DNA of 64,000 nucleotides from an uncultured Acidobacteriota bacterium. GTDB taxonomy: Bacteria; Acidobacteriota; UBA6911. The translations under genes and the position numbers were made by a program. Each line of letters starts with the position of its first letter. Position 1 is the first letter of the stretch. Under the pieces are notes generated by a model, which was not told the origin of the DNA, made no database searches, and was given only the letters and a program-made list of their open reading frames with translations. Below, one piece after another: positions 29,970 to 41,480 of this stretch. The stretch covers positions 352,001 to 416,000 of the forward strand of contig CAWEJX010000001.1 of assembly GCA_963809485.1 (NCBI GenBank). The letters run 5' to 3'.

Positions 29970-30257
29970 ATGAATGTTAGGCCTTTGCATGATCGGGTTA
30001 TCGTAAAACGCATTGAGGAGAAAGAAGTTGTTAAGGGCGGGATCATTATCCCGGACACCGCTAAGGAAAAGCCCATGGAAGGCGAGGTTATAGCCGCCGG
30101 CCCCGGTAAAGTCCTTGACGATGGCAAGCGTGCCGCAATGGACGTGAAAAAGGGAGATCGAATTCTCTTTGGCAAGTACTCCGGCACCGAGATCAAAATC
30201 GATGACCAGGATTACGTCATAATGCGGGAAGAGGAAATCCTCGCAGTTCTTGGATAA
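29970..30257 (+). CDS. groES: Co-chaperonin GroES
   Basis: [14 protein letters not shown]...[13 protein letters not shown]...KYSGTEIK; GAGGAG RBS. Confidence 0.97.
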   Translation: MNVRPLHDRVIVKRIEEKEVVKGGIIIPDTAKEKPMEGEVIAAGPGKVLDDGKRAAMDVKKGDRILFGKYSGTEIKIDDQDYVIMREEEILAVLG

Positions 30258-31928
<1,671 letters not shown>

Positions 31929-31936
31929 AAGCCCTC

Positions 31937-32137
31937 AATCACGGATTGCGCGGCGCGGCCGGGCGGCCGCAACCAAATGGATGCGAATTCGCAAGACGGC
32001 CGCGCCGTTATGCGGACGGCTTTTCAAACCGTCCGCAGGCGTGCAGATCAATATATTTTTCCAAAATAGCATAAGGCTGCGTGTTTGTATTACGGATCAT
32101 TCACATTATCTTTGTGAAATCCGTGCAATCTGTGGTT
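31937..32137. repeat. Nested palindromic intergenic element downstream of groEL
   Basis: Outer arms AATCACGGATTGCGCGG / CCGTGCAATCTGTGGTT; inner CGGCGCGGCCG / CGGCCGCGCCG; hairpin TGCGGACGG / CCGTCCGCA. Confidence 0.7.
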
Positions 32138-32149
32138 ATATTCCGCCCT

Positions 32150-33739
32150 GTGCAACGAACGCTCCTTTCCATAGCTCTTCTTGCGGTAATTTCCCTCGGA
32201 ACCCTGTTTTTCCGGCTCGGATCCCTGCCATTGTCAGGCGCCGATGAACCCCGTTATGCCCGTATCGCGCAGGAAATGCACGATCAACAGCAATGGATTA
32301 CGCCGACACTCGAGGGAAAGCCCTGGCTAGAAAAACCTCCTCTTTATTATTGGATAACTATCCCTGCCTTTTCCCTAATCGACAGGATTGAGACCGCCGC
32401 GAGGATCGGGCCTGCCGTCTGTGCGCTGATATCCGCGATTGCTATCTTCTGGATAGGCTCTTTGCTCTGGAGCCGTCGAGCCGGCCTGCTGGGAGCCCTG
32501 ATTCTGCTTACCAGTCTAGGATTCGCGGGTTACGGCAGAAGCGCTTCCACCGACATGCCGTTTACGTGCTGCCTGACGGCCGCAATGGTGATCCTGGCCG
32601 CCGCGTCGGAGAGGGCTATCGGGAGAACGAAGGTGCTTTGGGCCTACGTTTTTCTGGGGCTGGCGGTGCTGGGAAAGGGCCCCGTAGCCATCATTCTGGC
32701 AGCGGGAATCATGCTCTGTTTCTGGCTCCTGGATGACCGAGGAATAGTCCTCGGGCGCTGGCACTTCTCTTCGGGGCTATTGATAACATTGGCGCTGGCG
32801 CTGCCGTGGTTCTGGATGGTTTTCCGGCAAAACGGTTACAGCTTTATCGCGACATTCTTTATCAATCACAATCTTGCCCGCTATGTGACGGACATTCATC
32901 ATCACTCGCAGCCCTTCTATTATTATCTGCCGGCCCTCCTGGCTCTCTCATTTCCCTGGAGCGGCTGGCTGGCAGTGCTGTTCCCCGTATCTCCGATAAA
33001 GGGCTTGCGGAGCTGGCGGCAATGGAATCCGGGGATGCTGTTTCTTACCTGCTGGCTGCTTTTTCCGTTGATCTTTTTTTCTCTTTCCGGCTCCAAACTC
33101 GCGGGCTATATCCTGCCCTGCCTGCCCCCTCTGGCTTTGATCCTGGGGGTGCGCCTCTCACAACTGATGGAGGAAGCCGCCGAATTCGCCCGGCTACGCG
33201 CCGCGATGATTCTATACCTGATATTTTGCTTAGGGATGGCCGTTGCTGCGCCCGTCTATTTTCACAAGGATTATGGCGGCCATTGGAGAACCGGGCTTGT
33301 GCTCTCGGCTGTGATAATGGTTCCCGCGGTATTCACGTTTGTATTCGGATTGAAAGGGCGATGGAGCCGGGCAATCGAAATTACGTTACTGCAAGGTCTG
33401 CTGGTCATCCTTGCCACGGCAGTTTTCGCCTTTCCGGTTCTCGCCGATTATCACTCGATGCGGGGCATTGCCGGCCGGGCACTGGAGCTGCTGCAGGCGG
33501 AAGAGCCGATCGTGACATACAGGTTCTTTCACCATACTCTCAATTACTACAGTGGGTACAGGATCGCCGGGAAACTGGATGATTTGAATGCCGCGCTTGT
33601 TTTCTCGCAGGAACACCCGCATTTCCTCGTAGTAACCGACAAGCGCAGCGTGCCGGAACTTGAGGCTTCCGCAAATTTCTCAATCACCTCCCTGGCGAGG
33701 CAAGGAAACACCCGTCTTCTGCGCATATCCCGAAGGTAA
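32150..33739 (+). CDS. ArnT/PMT-like (GT83/GT39) membrane glycosyltransferase
   Basis: DEPRYARIAQEM, EKPPLYYW, GLAVLGKGPVA, HHHSQPFYYY, SKLAGYILP; many TM helices. Confidence 0.88.
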   Translation: MQRTLLSIALLAVISLGTLFFRLGSLPLSGADEPRYARIAQEMHDQQQWITPTLEGKPWLEKPPLYYWITIPAFSLIDRIETAARIGPAVCALISAIAIFWIGSLLWSRRAGLLGALILLTSLGFAGYGRSASTDMPFTCCLTAAMVILAAASERAIGRTKVLWAYVFLGLAVLGKGPVAIILAAGIMLCFWLLDDRGIVLGRWHFSSGLLITLALALPWFWMVFRQNGYSFIATFFINHNLARYVTDIHHHSQPFYYYLPALLALSFPWSGWLAVLFPVSPIKGLRSWRQWNPGMLFLTCWLLFPLIFFSLSGSKLAGYILPCLPPLALILGVRLSQLMEEAAEFARLRAAMILYLIFCLGMAVAAPVYFHKDYGGHWRTGLVLSAVIMVPAVFTFVFGLKGRWSRAIEITLLQGLLVILATAVFAFPVLADYHSMRGIAGRALELLQAEEPIVTYRFFHHTLNYYSGYRIAGKLDDLNAALVFSQEHPHFLVVTDKRSVPELEASANFSITSLARQGNTRLLRISRR

Positions 33740-33837
33740 CCGCTTTATAGGTCTTATGCGGGCGGCTCTCCAGAACCATCCTTTACCCAAAAACGAAGAT
33801 TGGCGGCCTTACGGAGGAATTTGCACCTGACAGCCAT

Positions 33838-34311
33838 TTATCGAAAGGTGAAACCGATGGTGAATTTGATTTCGGGGCTGTCCAGGGCTCCCACCTTCAG
33901 CTCGCCGAATAGCCCGTCTTCGTGTTCAAGCCCGACTAGCAGATTAAAACCGCCGCCCGTGTCTGTCTCGCCGCCACGGTTGTGCGATTCGCCGAACCTG
34001 TATACAAGTAATGCGGGTCCGGCGCCCACGTAGGCAGAAAGATCCGATTTTGGAAGCGGGATCCGATATGCGAATTCGAGATTCGCCGCAATCGTGGTGA
34101 CGTGGCTCCCTATTCCGATTTCGAGATTCGGCCGGAAATCCAGGTTGCCGATCAATGGATCCGAAACGATGTGGCCACCTAAATGAAACTGGTTGGGATC
34201 CGCGGTTGCTCCGGCTCGAAGCCCAAATGCGGTTTCCGCCATGCCGGCGCCTGTGCCGAAGCATGTCAGCGCTACCAGAATTTGCACTGCCCAGCGAATT
34301 TTTTTTGGCAT
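33838..34311 (-). CDS. Small outer-membrane beta-barrel protein
   Basis: Signal peptide, alternating beta strands, YVGAGP, C-terminal KFTIGFTFR. Confidence 0.75.
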   Translation of the reverse strand: MPKKIRWAVQILVALTCFGTGAGMAETAFGLRAGATADPNQFHLGGHIVSDPLIGNLDFRPNLEIGIGSHVTTIAANLEFAYRIPLPKSDLSAYVGAGPALLVYRFGESHNRGGETDTGGGFNLLVGLEHEDGLFGELKVGALDSPEIKFTIGFTFR

Positions 34312-34400
34312 TCAGCTGATCTCCTGGAATGCATTTTTAGTGAAATCTGTGGTTGCTTTTTTATTCCAAAATATCCACCATTCCTGCTCAGGAGAAATGT

Positions 34401-35792
34401 ATGCTCAAACTGCACAATACCCTTACCGGAATCGAGGAGGAGTTTCATCCCCTGGAGGAAGGAGTGGTCCGCTTCTATACTTGCGGACCGACGGTTTACG
34501 ATTATGCCCACGTCGGGAACTTCAGGACTTTCGTGTTTCAGGATCTTCTGCGACGGTATCTAGTTTATTCCGGCTACCGGGTCATGCATGTGATGAATAT
34601 CACGGATGTGGATGACAAGACCATCCTGAACGCCCGAAAGGAAGGCATGACCCTGAAGGATTATACTATTAAGTATACCGAAGCTTTCCTCGAGGACAGC
34701 AAAACCCTCCGCATTGAGCCTGCGCAAATCATGCCCCGTGCGACCGACCACATACCCGAAATGGTTGCCCTTATCCGCAGGCTCGAGGAGAAGGGATATA
34801 CCTACCGGAAGGACGGGTCCGTCTATTTCAGCATCGCGCATTTCCCCGGCTACGGGAAACTCAGCAAAGCCGATTTCAGCGGCGCGCAGTCCGGCGCGCG
34901 TGTGGACGCGGACAAATACGACAAGGAAAACGCACGGGACTTTGTCCTGTGGAAAGCCCGGAAGGAGGGAGAAGATTCCTGGGAGACCGAAATCGGCCCG
35001 GGCCGGCCCGGCTGGCACATCGAGTGCTCGGCCATGAGCATGAAATATCTGGGCGAAACCTTCGACATCCACTGCGGCGGTGTGGATCTGGTTTTCCCGC
35101 ACCACGAAAACGAAATCGCCCAGAGCGAGTGCGCAACCGGAAAGCCATTTGTGCGCTACTGGGTGCATCCGGAATTCCTGATCGTCGAAGGGGAGAAGAT
35201 GTCGAAATCTCTGGGCAATTTTTACACCCTTCGCGACCTCCTGGCCCGCGGACATTCGCCTGAATCCATAAGGTATCTGCTCCTGTCGGTCCACTACCGG
35301 AAGCAGCTCAATTTCACGGCCGACGGATTGCATCAGGCCCAGGCATCGATTACGCGCCTGGCGGACTTCGTGCTGCGGGCAAAGGAGAAAGCCTCGCCCG
35401 AAAGGCCTTCCGCCGAATTTGCGGCCGAAGTTCAGTCCGCGCGGGAGCGCTTCAAGGAAGCAATGGACAATGACCTTAACACATCCGCGGCGCTGGCGGT
35501 GATCTTCGATTTTGTGCGTTCCGCAAACCAAAAGAACAGCCGGAATGCCTTCACAGGAGGCGATGCCCGCGCTGCGCTTGATTTTATAAAGGAAATAGAT
35601 GGCGTTTTCAGCATCCTTCCAGCGCAGCCCGAGTTGCTGGATGAGGAGATCGCCAGGCAGATTGAAGCCCGCCAGGCCGCGCGCCGCCGCAGGGATTTCG
35701 CAGAAGCCGACCGGATCCGGGACTGGCTTTTATCCCAAGGAATACAGCTGGAAGACACCCCGGGAGGCGTCCGCTGGAAAAGGCGCTCCTGA
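34401..35792 (+). CDS. cysS: Cysteine--tRNA ligase
   Basis: CGPTVYDYAHVGN, NITDVDDK, GRPGWHIECSAM, FPHHENE, KMSKSLGN. Confidence 0.98.
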   Translation: MLKLHNTLTGIEEEFHPLEEGVVRFYTCGPTVYDYAHVGNFRTFVFQDLLRRYLVYSGYRVMHVMNITDVDDKTILNARKEGMTLKDYTIKYTEAFLEDSKTLRIEPAQIMPRATDHIPEMVALIRRLEEKGYTYRKDGSVYFSIAHFPGYGKLSKADFSGAQSGARVDADKYDKENARDFVLWKARKEGEDSWETEIGPGRPGWHIECSAMSMKYLGETFDIHCGGVDLVFPHHENEIAQSECATGKPFVRYWVHPEFLIVEGEKMSKSLGNFYTLRDLLARGHSPESIRYLLLSVHYRKQLNFTADGLHQAQASITRLADFVLRAKEKASPERPSAEFAAEVQSARERFKEAMDNDLNTSAALAVIFDFVRSANQKNSRNAFTGGDARAALDFIKEIDGVFSILPAQPELLDEEIARQIEARQAARRRRDFAEADRIRDWLLSQGIQLEDTPGGVRWKRRS

Positions 35793-35836
35793 AAAATTCC
35801 CTGAAATGAAATGCTGCGACCGCAAACATTAACAAT

Positions 35837-36181
35837 ATGGCCGCGCCCCATTTGCTTAAGGGAAGGAAGGGAGAACGGATCGCTGCAATTTTTCTGCTCC
35901 GGCAGGGCTTCGACATCCTGGCGAGGCGCTACCGTGGCCGTTCCGGCGAATTGGATATCATCGCGTTCGAAAGCGACATGCTTGTGTTTGTGGAGGTTAA
36001 AACGCGCAGTTCCCGGGATTTCGGTGAGCCCTGGGAATTTGTTGACTGGCGGAAGCAGCAGATCCTGCGCCGCACGGCGGAGGAATTTATTGCAGATCAC
36101 GACATGGGCCAATACGCCTACCGCTTCGACATCGTCTCAGTGCTCGGCAAAAAAGTTGAGCTTTTCCGCAATGCCTTTTAG
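35837..36181 (+). CDS. yraN: YraN family (UPF0102) nuclease-like protein
   Basis: GRKGERIA, GELDIIA, LVFVEVKTR, RFDIVSV, NAF end. Confidence 0.9.
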   Translation: MAAPHLLKGRKGERIAAIFLLRQGFDILARRYRGRSGELDIIAFESDMLVFVEVKTRSSRDFGEPWEFVDWRKQQILRRTAEEFIADHDMGQYAYRFDIVSVLGKKVELFRNAF

Positions 36182-36279
36182 CCCTTGCAGATCGCCAGAT
36201 TCCACAAGATCTTCGGCAAAATCTGGGGTTGAGTTTTTCCCCCTGTTTGGATAATATCCTTCCGCTGCTTCGTACAAGG

Positions 36280-36354
<75 letters not shown>

Positions 36355-36390
36355 TCTAAAGCGGGTCCATTCCGGATACCGCTATCCATC

Positions 36391-36634
36391 CAGTCAGGCA
36401 CCTCCGGAAACGCCGGAGGCTTGAAAGATTGGAACCACTCAAAGCGGTTGAAGGAGTTACGCTGGTCTTGAACGCTGACTTACGCGGGCAAAAGCCGATG
36501 AGGCGCTTCCGATCCCCGCCGAAAAAATCGGCGTTTGTCAGCGCTTTTGTCAGCGTACCTCAGCGTTTCAAAATACGGAGCTGTCAAACTCTATGAGTCG
36601 CCCGGGCAGAGCCGTGGGTTTACCAATAGAATTA
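36391..36634 (-). mobile_element. Non-autonomous palindromic element with IS200/IS605-like ends (short copy)
   Basis: Colinear with 13560-13958 but lacking the central segment of roughly 160 nt; starts 36 nt after tRNA-Gly. Confidence 0.75.
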
Positions 36635-36836
36635 TCGCTTGCGGACGCTCATCAAAAGACCATCGTTCGTCAGCATCCGCGGGCATTGCATCATCCTGGA
36701 GCGGGCAAACTCGGCGCGTCCCCCCCCAGGCAAAGATGGGAATTGCCGATGTATTTACCTGTACTGCAACCCGGGAAGCAGGAGCAGACCTGCCGGTCCT
36801 TGTTAGCATACATGCGAGGCGGGTTTTCCGATGAAG

Positions 36837-39275
36837 CTACTCCATCGTCCTCGGCGGGATGGCCGACAAAACCGAAAGGTTGTGCGTGCCGAACAATGAA
36901 AAGGAAGCAACCGGCAAGTCAGACGTCAGCCGCACATACCCGGAAGTCTGGTCTTTCCAGTTCAGCGAACCAAAGTATTGCGGCAGGAGCCGGGCCCTCT
37001 TGTTGCCGGCCGGAATGTACCGGAGCGTCTCCTCGACCATTTTCCCGTCGGCATCAAGAAGCTCCAGCGTTACCTTCGCCGCGCTGCTGTTTGGATTAAG
37101 GATCGCGATGCCGGTGAAAAAGAGGTCGTTGGATGCGACATGACTGAAAAGCATTGAAGTCTGCAACTCGGAGATCAGCGCCAGGGCGGAAGCAAAGGTC
37201 TGGCGATTTATGTCGCCGAAAACGGTGCTTCCGGCAAGCCTTATGCCGTCGCTGACCATTTCGACATACCCTGAAGTCATCTTTTCCAGATCAAGGCTCG
37301 CAAAGAACGATGGATCGTCGATTAAAAGCTTCCCATTGGCCGGGATGACGAGAGTCCGCGTCGATCCGATCTGCTTGCCGTCTTCGGCAAAGAATCTGAA
37401 CTGAACGGTTCCTTTTCTGGAATCCAGGTTGACCACCGAAAGGCTGGTCCTATATTGGCCGCCAAGCACATATTGGGGCGAGTAGAGTGTTGTGTTGACT
37501 CCGGCGGCATTCTGCCCTGCCAGCATGGAAATATCACCCTTTGCCTGCTGCAGAACCTGGAAGGACTGAACGCCCTGATCCGCACTGACGCGGACATAGT
37601 CGGTCGCCTTTGCTTCAAGACCGGCAAACAGGTCGTTGAACAGGTCCGCCGTCAACGCGCCGTTCTTTGCAATCACTCGTGATTCGGACCTGCGAACCGC
37701 TCCGTCGGCGCCCATCAGCTTCAAGGTGACGCTGACGTCTTCCACGTTTTTATTGGCTATATTGAGTCGGCTATGACCGTTCGCCTGGATCTCGGTGAAA
37801 ATAAGATCCGTCAGCGTGTCGTCCTCGATATTGGCGCCATCCATGTAGTTCAGGTCACTGTCGAAAATCATGAATAGGCCATCGATGCCGGACGTGTCCG
37901 TATCGAGGCGTATCCAGCCGTCCGAGTTCGTCACGGCGAGGCCGTCCCCGAATATTGTCGAATCGTGGATCGGCAGCTGGGCGCCCGGCTCGAGCTCGTA
38001 GGTTCGTGGATTGTAGATTTGCCATCCATGAGTGTAACACCCGTCGCTCTCAATGGCGGTAAAAGCGAGACTGGCTCGTTCCGAGTCCAGATTGGCGAGT
38101 GCCATGCCCATTATGCCTTCCGCATGGCGCGCGGATGCCATTGCCGATTCCTGAGCTTCCCCAGCTAAAGCAAAGCGCGGCAGGGCGAACGTAAACGATC
38201 CCTTCTCTGTCGTGCTGAAATTATATTCGGGAGATGCAGCCAGGTCTCCCTCGGAATCCATGGACTTCACTCGGAATCGATAAAGCGTATGCTTCTGCAG
38301 GCCTTTCAGTGCAATGGTGTGCCGTGTAACCATGTCGTCAAGAGCAGCCCCGCGGGCATCCGATCCTTCAATCCAATACTCAACCTCTGAATTCGCAGCC
38401 CTGTCTGTAGTCCAGGATATCGTTGCACTTCTGCTGGTAACATTGGAGACGGCCACATCGCTGATCTCCAGGCTGGAATTCTTTCCCTTCGTGGTAAAGG
38501 TGTAATCGCCGGAGGTAGCCAGGTTGCCGGCAGAATCTCTGGATTTGACCCTATAGTGGTACGGAGTGTCTTCCATCAATCCGCTGAGTGCCTGGGTATG
38601 AAACTTATCCAGGTTTGTGTCAATCTTTGTGCTTTTCCCGTAGCTGGTGGAGGCGCCGTACTCAATCTGAGCAGTCGATGCTTCATCCGTCATCCATGTG
38701 ATGATTACGCCGGTGCTGGTAGGATCGGAGCTAAGCACGGAGGATATTTGCGGCGGGAACGTGTCTCCCGCGGCCAGCACAGTGATATTTCCCGATGTCA
38801 TCGAGACCTGGACAGAGTTTGCGGCAGGATCCGATGCAACAACTCCCCCTGGTTTAAGGGATAATGACCCGGTATCTGCAGCTGCGGATACATTCATCTG
38901 GATATGAGCAATTGGCCCGGAACTCAGAGCATTCTGGTTGAAACCAAAGATAATAAGGCGGACGCCGCCGGAAATTGCATTGGCGTAAGCGAGTTTACCT
39001 GCCGACGAAGAGGCTGCACCTGTTGAGACGGAAACAAATGAAAGCGAAGGGGAAAATATCAGGTCAAATTGCAGCGTACAGACAGATGCCGAACCCGGAT
39101 TGAACTGCACGGGTATGATTACCGAAGATCCAGGCGATCCCGAAGCCGATCCTGCCGCCAGGATGGGTGATTGTGCCATTGCGTTGGCGCCCACGAGCGT
39201 CCCGAGCAGCATAAAGCAGAATGCAAAACGTATAAACTGACACGGGACGTTTTTTTGAGTCCGCCGGGGTATCAT
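36837..39275 (-). CDS. Secreted protein: cohesin-like domain + 2 FN3-like domains + four C-terminal beta-sandwich repeats
   Basis: AGGAG RBS; signal peptide; GSASGSPGSSVIIPV...LQFDLIFSPSL...SSGPIAHIQMNV...GNITV; ITWMTDEAST...YHYRVKSRD; ISWTTDRAANSEVEY...YRFRVKS. Confidence 0.8.
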   Translation of the reverse strand: MIPRRTQKNVPCQFIRFAFCFMLLGTLVGANAMAQSPILAAGSASGSPGSSVIIPVQFNPGSASVCTLQFDLIFSPSLSFVSVSTGAASSSAGKLAYANAISGGVRLIIFGFNQNALSSGPIAHIQMNVSAAADTGSLSLKPGGVVASDPAANSVQVSMTSGNITVLAAGDTFPPQISSVLSSDPTSTGVIITWMTDEASTAQIEYGASTSYGKSTKIDTNLDKFHTQALSGLMEDTPYHYRVKSRDSAGNLATSGDYTFTTKGKNSSLEISDVAVSNVTSRSATISWTTDRAANSEVEYWIEGSDARGAALDDMVTRHTIALKGLQKHTLYRFRVKSMDSEGDLAASPEYNFSTTEKGSFTFALPRFALAGEAQESAMASARHAEGIMGMALANLDSERASLAFTAIESDGCYTHGWQIYNPRTYELEPGAQLPIHDSTIFGDGLAVTNSDGWIRLDTDTSGIDGLFMIFDSDLNYMDGANIEDDTLTDLIFTEIQANGHSRLNIANKNVEDVSVTLKLMGADGAVRRSESRVIAKNGALTADLFNDLFAGLEAKATDYVRVSADQGVQSFQVLQQAKGDISMLAGQNAAGVNTTLYSPQYVLGGQYRTSLSVVNLDSRKGTVQFRFFAEDGKQIGSTRTLVIPANGKLLIDDPSFFASLDLEKMTSGYVEMVSDGIRLAGSTVFGDINRQTFASALALISELQTSMLFSHVASNDLFFTGIAILNPNSSAAKVTLELLDADGKMVEETLRYIPAGNKRARLLPQYFGSLNWKDQTSGYVRLTSDLPVASFSLFGTHNLSVLSAIPPRTME

Positions 39276-39350
39276 AGGAAACTCCTGAGTCCGGTATGGA
39301 TGGTGTTTGCACTAATTTCTTTGCGTCCAGTAGGCAACAAAGCGCCCTCG

Positions 39351-41480
39351 CTACTGAATGACCTGCGGTGGGACCGCGGACAGAATTGACAGGTTGTTTG
39401 TGCCGAAGAGCGAGAAGGAGGCGACCGGCTGATCCGATGTCAGCCGCACATAACCTGACGTCTGGCTGTTCTCCGAGAGATACCTGAACTGCTCAGACAA
39501 TAGCCGTGCCTTCTTTTGTCCCCGTGGGATCCGCTCTGTGACTGTCTCGATCCGCGTGCCGTCTTCTGCGAAAAGCTCCAGCGTGGCGTTCGCATCATTC
39601 GCCCCGGGATTCAGGATGGCGATGCCGGTAAAATAGAGGTCATCCGAGGCCACATGACTGAAGATCACCGATTTGTGAAGCTCGGAAATAAGCGCAAGCC
39701 CGGAAGAAAAGGAGCCGCCGTTCCTGTTACCAAACAGGGTACTTCCGGCCAGCCTGATGCCGTCGCTGATGATCTCGACATACCCTGCAACCATGTTTTC
39801 CGGATTGGCATCCAGAAAAAATTGCTGATCATCGATGTGCAGTTTCCCGCTGGCTGGGAGAATAAGGTACTGAGTTGCACCCAGCTGCCGTCCATCCTCG
39901 CCCATAAATCTGAGTTGCACAGTCCCTGCTCTGGAATCCAGGTTTATAAGAGAAAGGCTGGTACGGTACGCTCCGCCGATTACATACTGAGGTGAATAGA
40001 GGCTAGTCGATCCTGCACTAAGGTCCTGTCCTGCAAGGACGGTAATATCCCCTGCTTCCTGTTGCATTATCAGGAATGGATGCAATCCTTGGGTCGCCCT
40101 CACCCTGACATAATCGCCGGCACCAGGCTCGGTTCGGGAGAAAAGGTCGTCAAACAGATCTGCCGTCAAAGCTCCGTTGGCTGCAATCACGCTCGAAACA
40201 GAATCGCGGACAGATCCGTCGTCCTTTATCAGGCTCAGCATTGCAAAGGCTTCCGAAGGACTATTATTCGCGATGCTGACTCTGTTATGTCCTTCCTTCT
40301 GGATCTCGACAAAAGCAAAATCCGTCATCCGGCCGCCCGAAAAGTTGGCTCCGTCCATGAAGCCGAGATCGCTGTCGAACACGAGGAAAAAACCATAAAT
40401 ATCCGACCTTGCACTCGCCAGCTTGATCCAGCCCCCGTAATCTGCAGGGAGATAACCCTTTCCAAAGACCTCCCGGTCCAATACCGCCAGTTGTGATCCC
40501 GGACTCAGTCCCTGGACTCTGGGATTCGTCACACCCTGTCCTTCAGTCAGATCTCCGGTGCCTTCAAGCGATGTGAATGTGACCGTAGCCGGCTCGACAG
40601 CCAGGTTGGCAAGAGCCATACCGGTCATGACTTCATCTTTCGAAGCTTCCTGGAAACCTCCGAAAGTCAACCTCGGCAAAACGAGTTCAGATAGTCCATT
40701 CTCAGAAGTATTGAAACTGAATCCGCTGGCGACCGCCTGGTTGCCGTCCGAATCGGAGGATTTCACGCGGAAGTAATAGGTGGTTCGCGTTTTCAGTCGG
40801 TTGAGTTCCAAGGCGTGATCCGTCTCAAGCCTGCTGAGGATCGCCCTCCGGGAAGCAGATTCAGCAGTCCAGTACTCGACTTCCGAATTGGAAAGTATGT
40901 TGGTTTTCCAGGATATTTTGGCGCTTGTGCCGGTAACGCCGGAAACGCTTACCGTGCTGATAAAGGGTGGAAAAGCACCAGTGCGAGAAAAAACCATTAC
41001 ATTGCCCGGGATCCCGGAAATGTTGACTGCATTCGCCAAGGTATCGGAGGCAACGACTCCGGCGATGACAACAGGAAGCAAACCGGCCGGAGCATTTGTG
41101 GAGATATTCAGCTGTACCTCGGCGATTGTTCCTGCGCCGATGGCGCTATCGTTCGATCCAAAAACCAGAATTCGGGCTCTGCCTGAAAATGAATTGGCCT
41201 TCACCGACTTGCCTGCCGATCTGGCCGCGGTTCCCGTCGAAGCTGAGACACATGAAAGCGCCGGAGAAAACATAAGGTCAAACTGCATAGTGCTTATGGA
41301 GGCAGTGCCCGGATCGAATTCAACCGGAATGCTGACTATATTGCCTGTCAGGCTGGAAGCGTCGCCAACGGCAATAGATCCAGACTGCTCTGTGGCGCCG
41401 GCGGCACAAAACGTCCCTGGCAGAACGCATAAAGACACCAGTATCAGGCACGAAATTGCGCAGGCACGCCGGAAGGTCAT
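39351..41480 (-). CDS. Secreted protein: cohesin-like domain + 1 FN3-like domain + four C-terminal beta-sandwich repeats (paralog of 36837-39275)
   Basis: ATGA overlap with upstream stop; GDASSLTGNIVSIPV...MQFDLMFSPAL...GAGTIAEVQLNI; shared LYSPQYV.GG.YRTSLS, FSHVAS.DL.FTGIAILNP, TSGYVRLTSD.PVASFSLFGT. Confidence 0.8.
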   Translation of the reverse strand: MTFRRACAISCLILVSLCVLPGTFCAAGATEQSGSIAVGDASSLTGNIVSIPVEFDPGTASISTMQFDLMFSPALSCVSASTGTAARSAGKSVKANSFSGRARILVFGSNDSAIGAGTIAEVQLNISTNAPAGLLPVVIAGVVASDTLANAVNISGIPGNVMVFSRTGAFPPFISTVSVSGVTGTSAKISWKTNILSNSEVEYWTAESASRRAILSRLETDHALELNRLKTRTTYYFRVKSSDSDGNQAVASGFSFNTSENGLSELVLPRLTFGGFQEASKDEVMTGMALANLAVEPATVTFTSLEGTGDLTEGQGVTNPRVQGLSPGSQLAVLDREVFGKGYLPADYGGWIKLASARSDIYGFFLVFDSDLGFMDGANFSGGRMTDFAFVEIQKEGHNRVSIANNSPSEAFAMLSLIKDDGSVRDSVSSVIAANGALTADLFDDLFSRTEPGAGDYVRVRATQGLHPFLIMQQEAGDITVLAGQDLSAGSTSLYSPQYVIGGAYRTSLSLINLDSRAGTVQLRFMGEDGRQLGATQYLILPASGKLHIDDQQFFLDANPENMVAGYVEIISDGIRLAGSTLFGNRNGGSFSSGLALISELHKSVIFSHVASDDLYFTGIAILNPGANDANATLELFAEDGTRIETVTERIPRGQKKARLLSEQFRYLSENSQTSGYVRLTSDQPVASFSLFGTNNLSILSAVPPQVIQ

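Noticed and set aside
39276-39350. GGACGCAAAG on the minus strand upstream of the cohesin gene, reminiscent of a c-di-GMP-I riboswitch
   Set aside because: The preceding GCAAA/GAAA-tetraloop stem and the downstream P3 stem are absent, and there is too little space.
36837-39400. C-terminal IPP/VPP motifs as variant PEP-CTERM signals
   Set aside because: Not followed by a transmembrane helix and basic tail.
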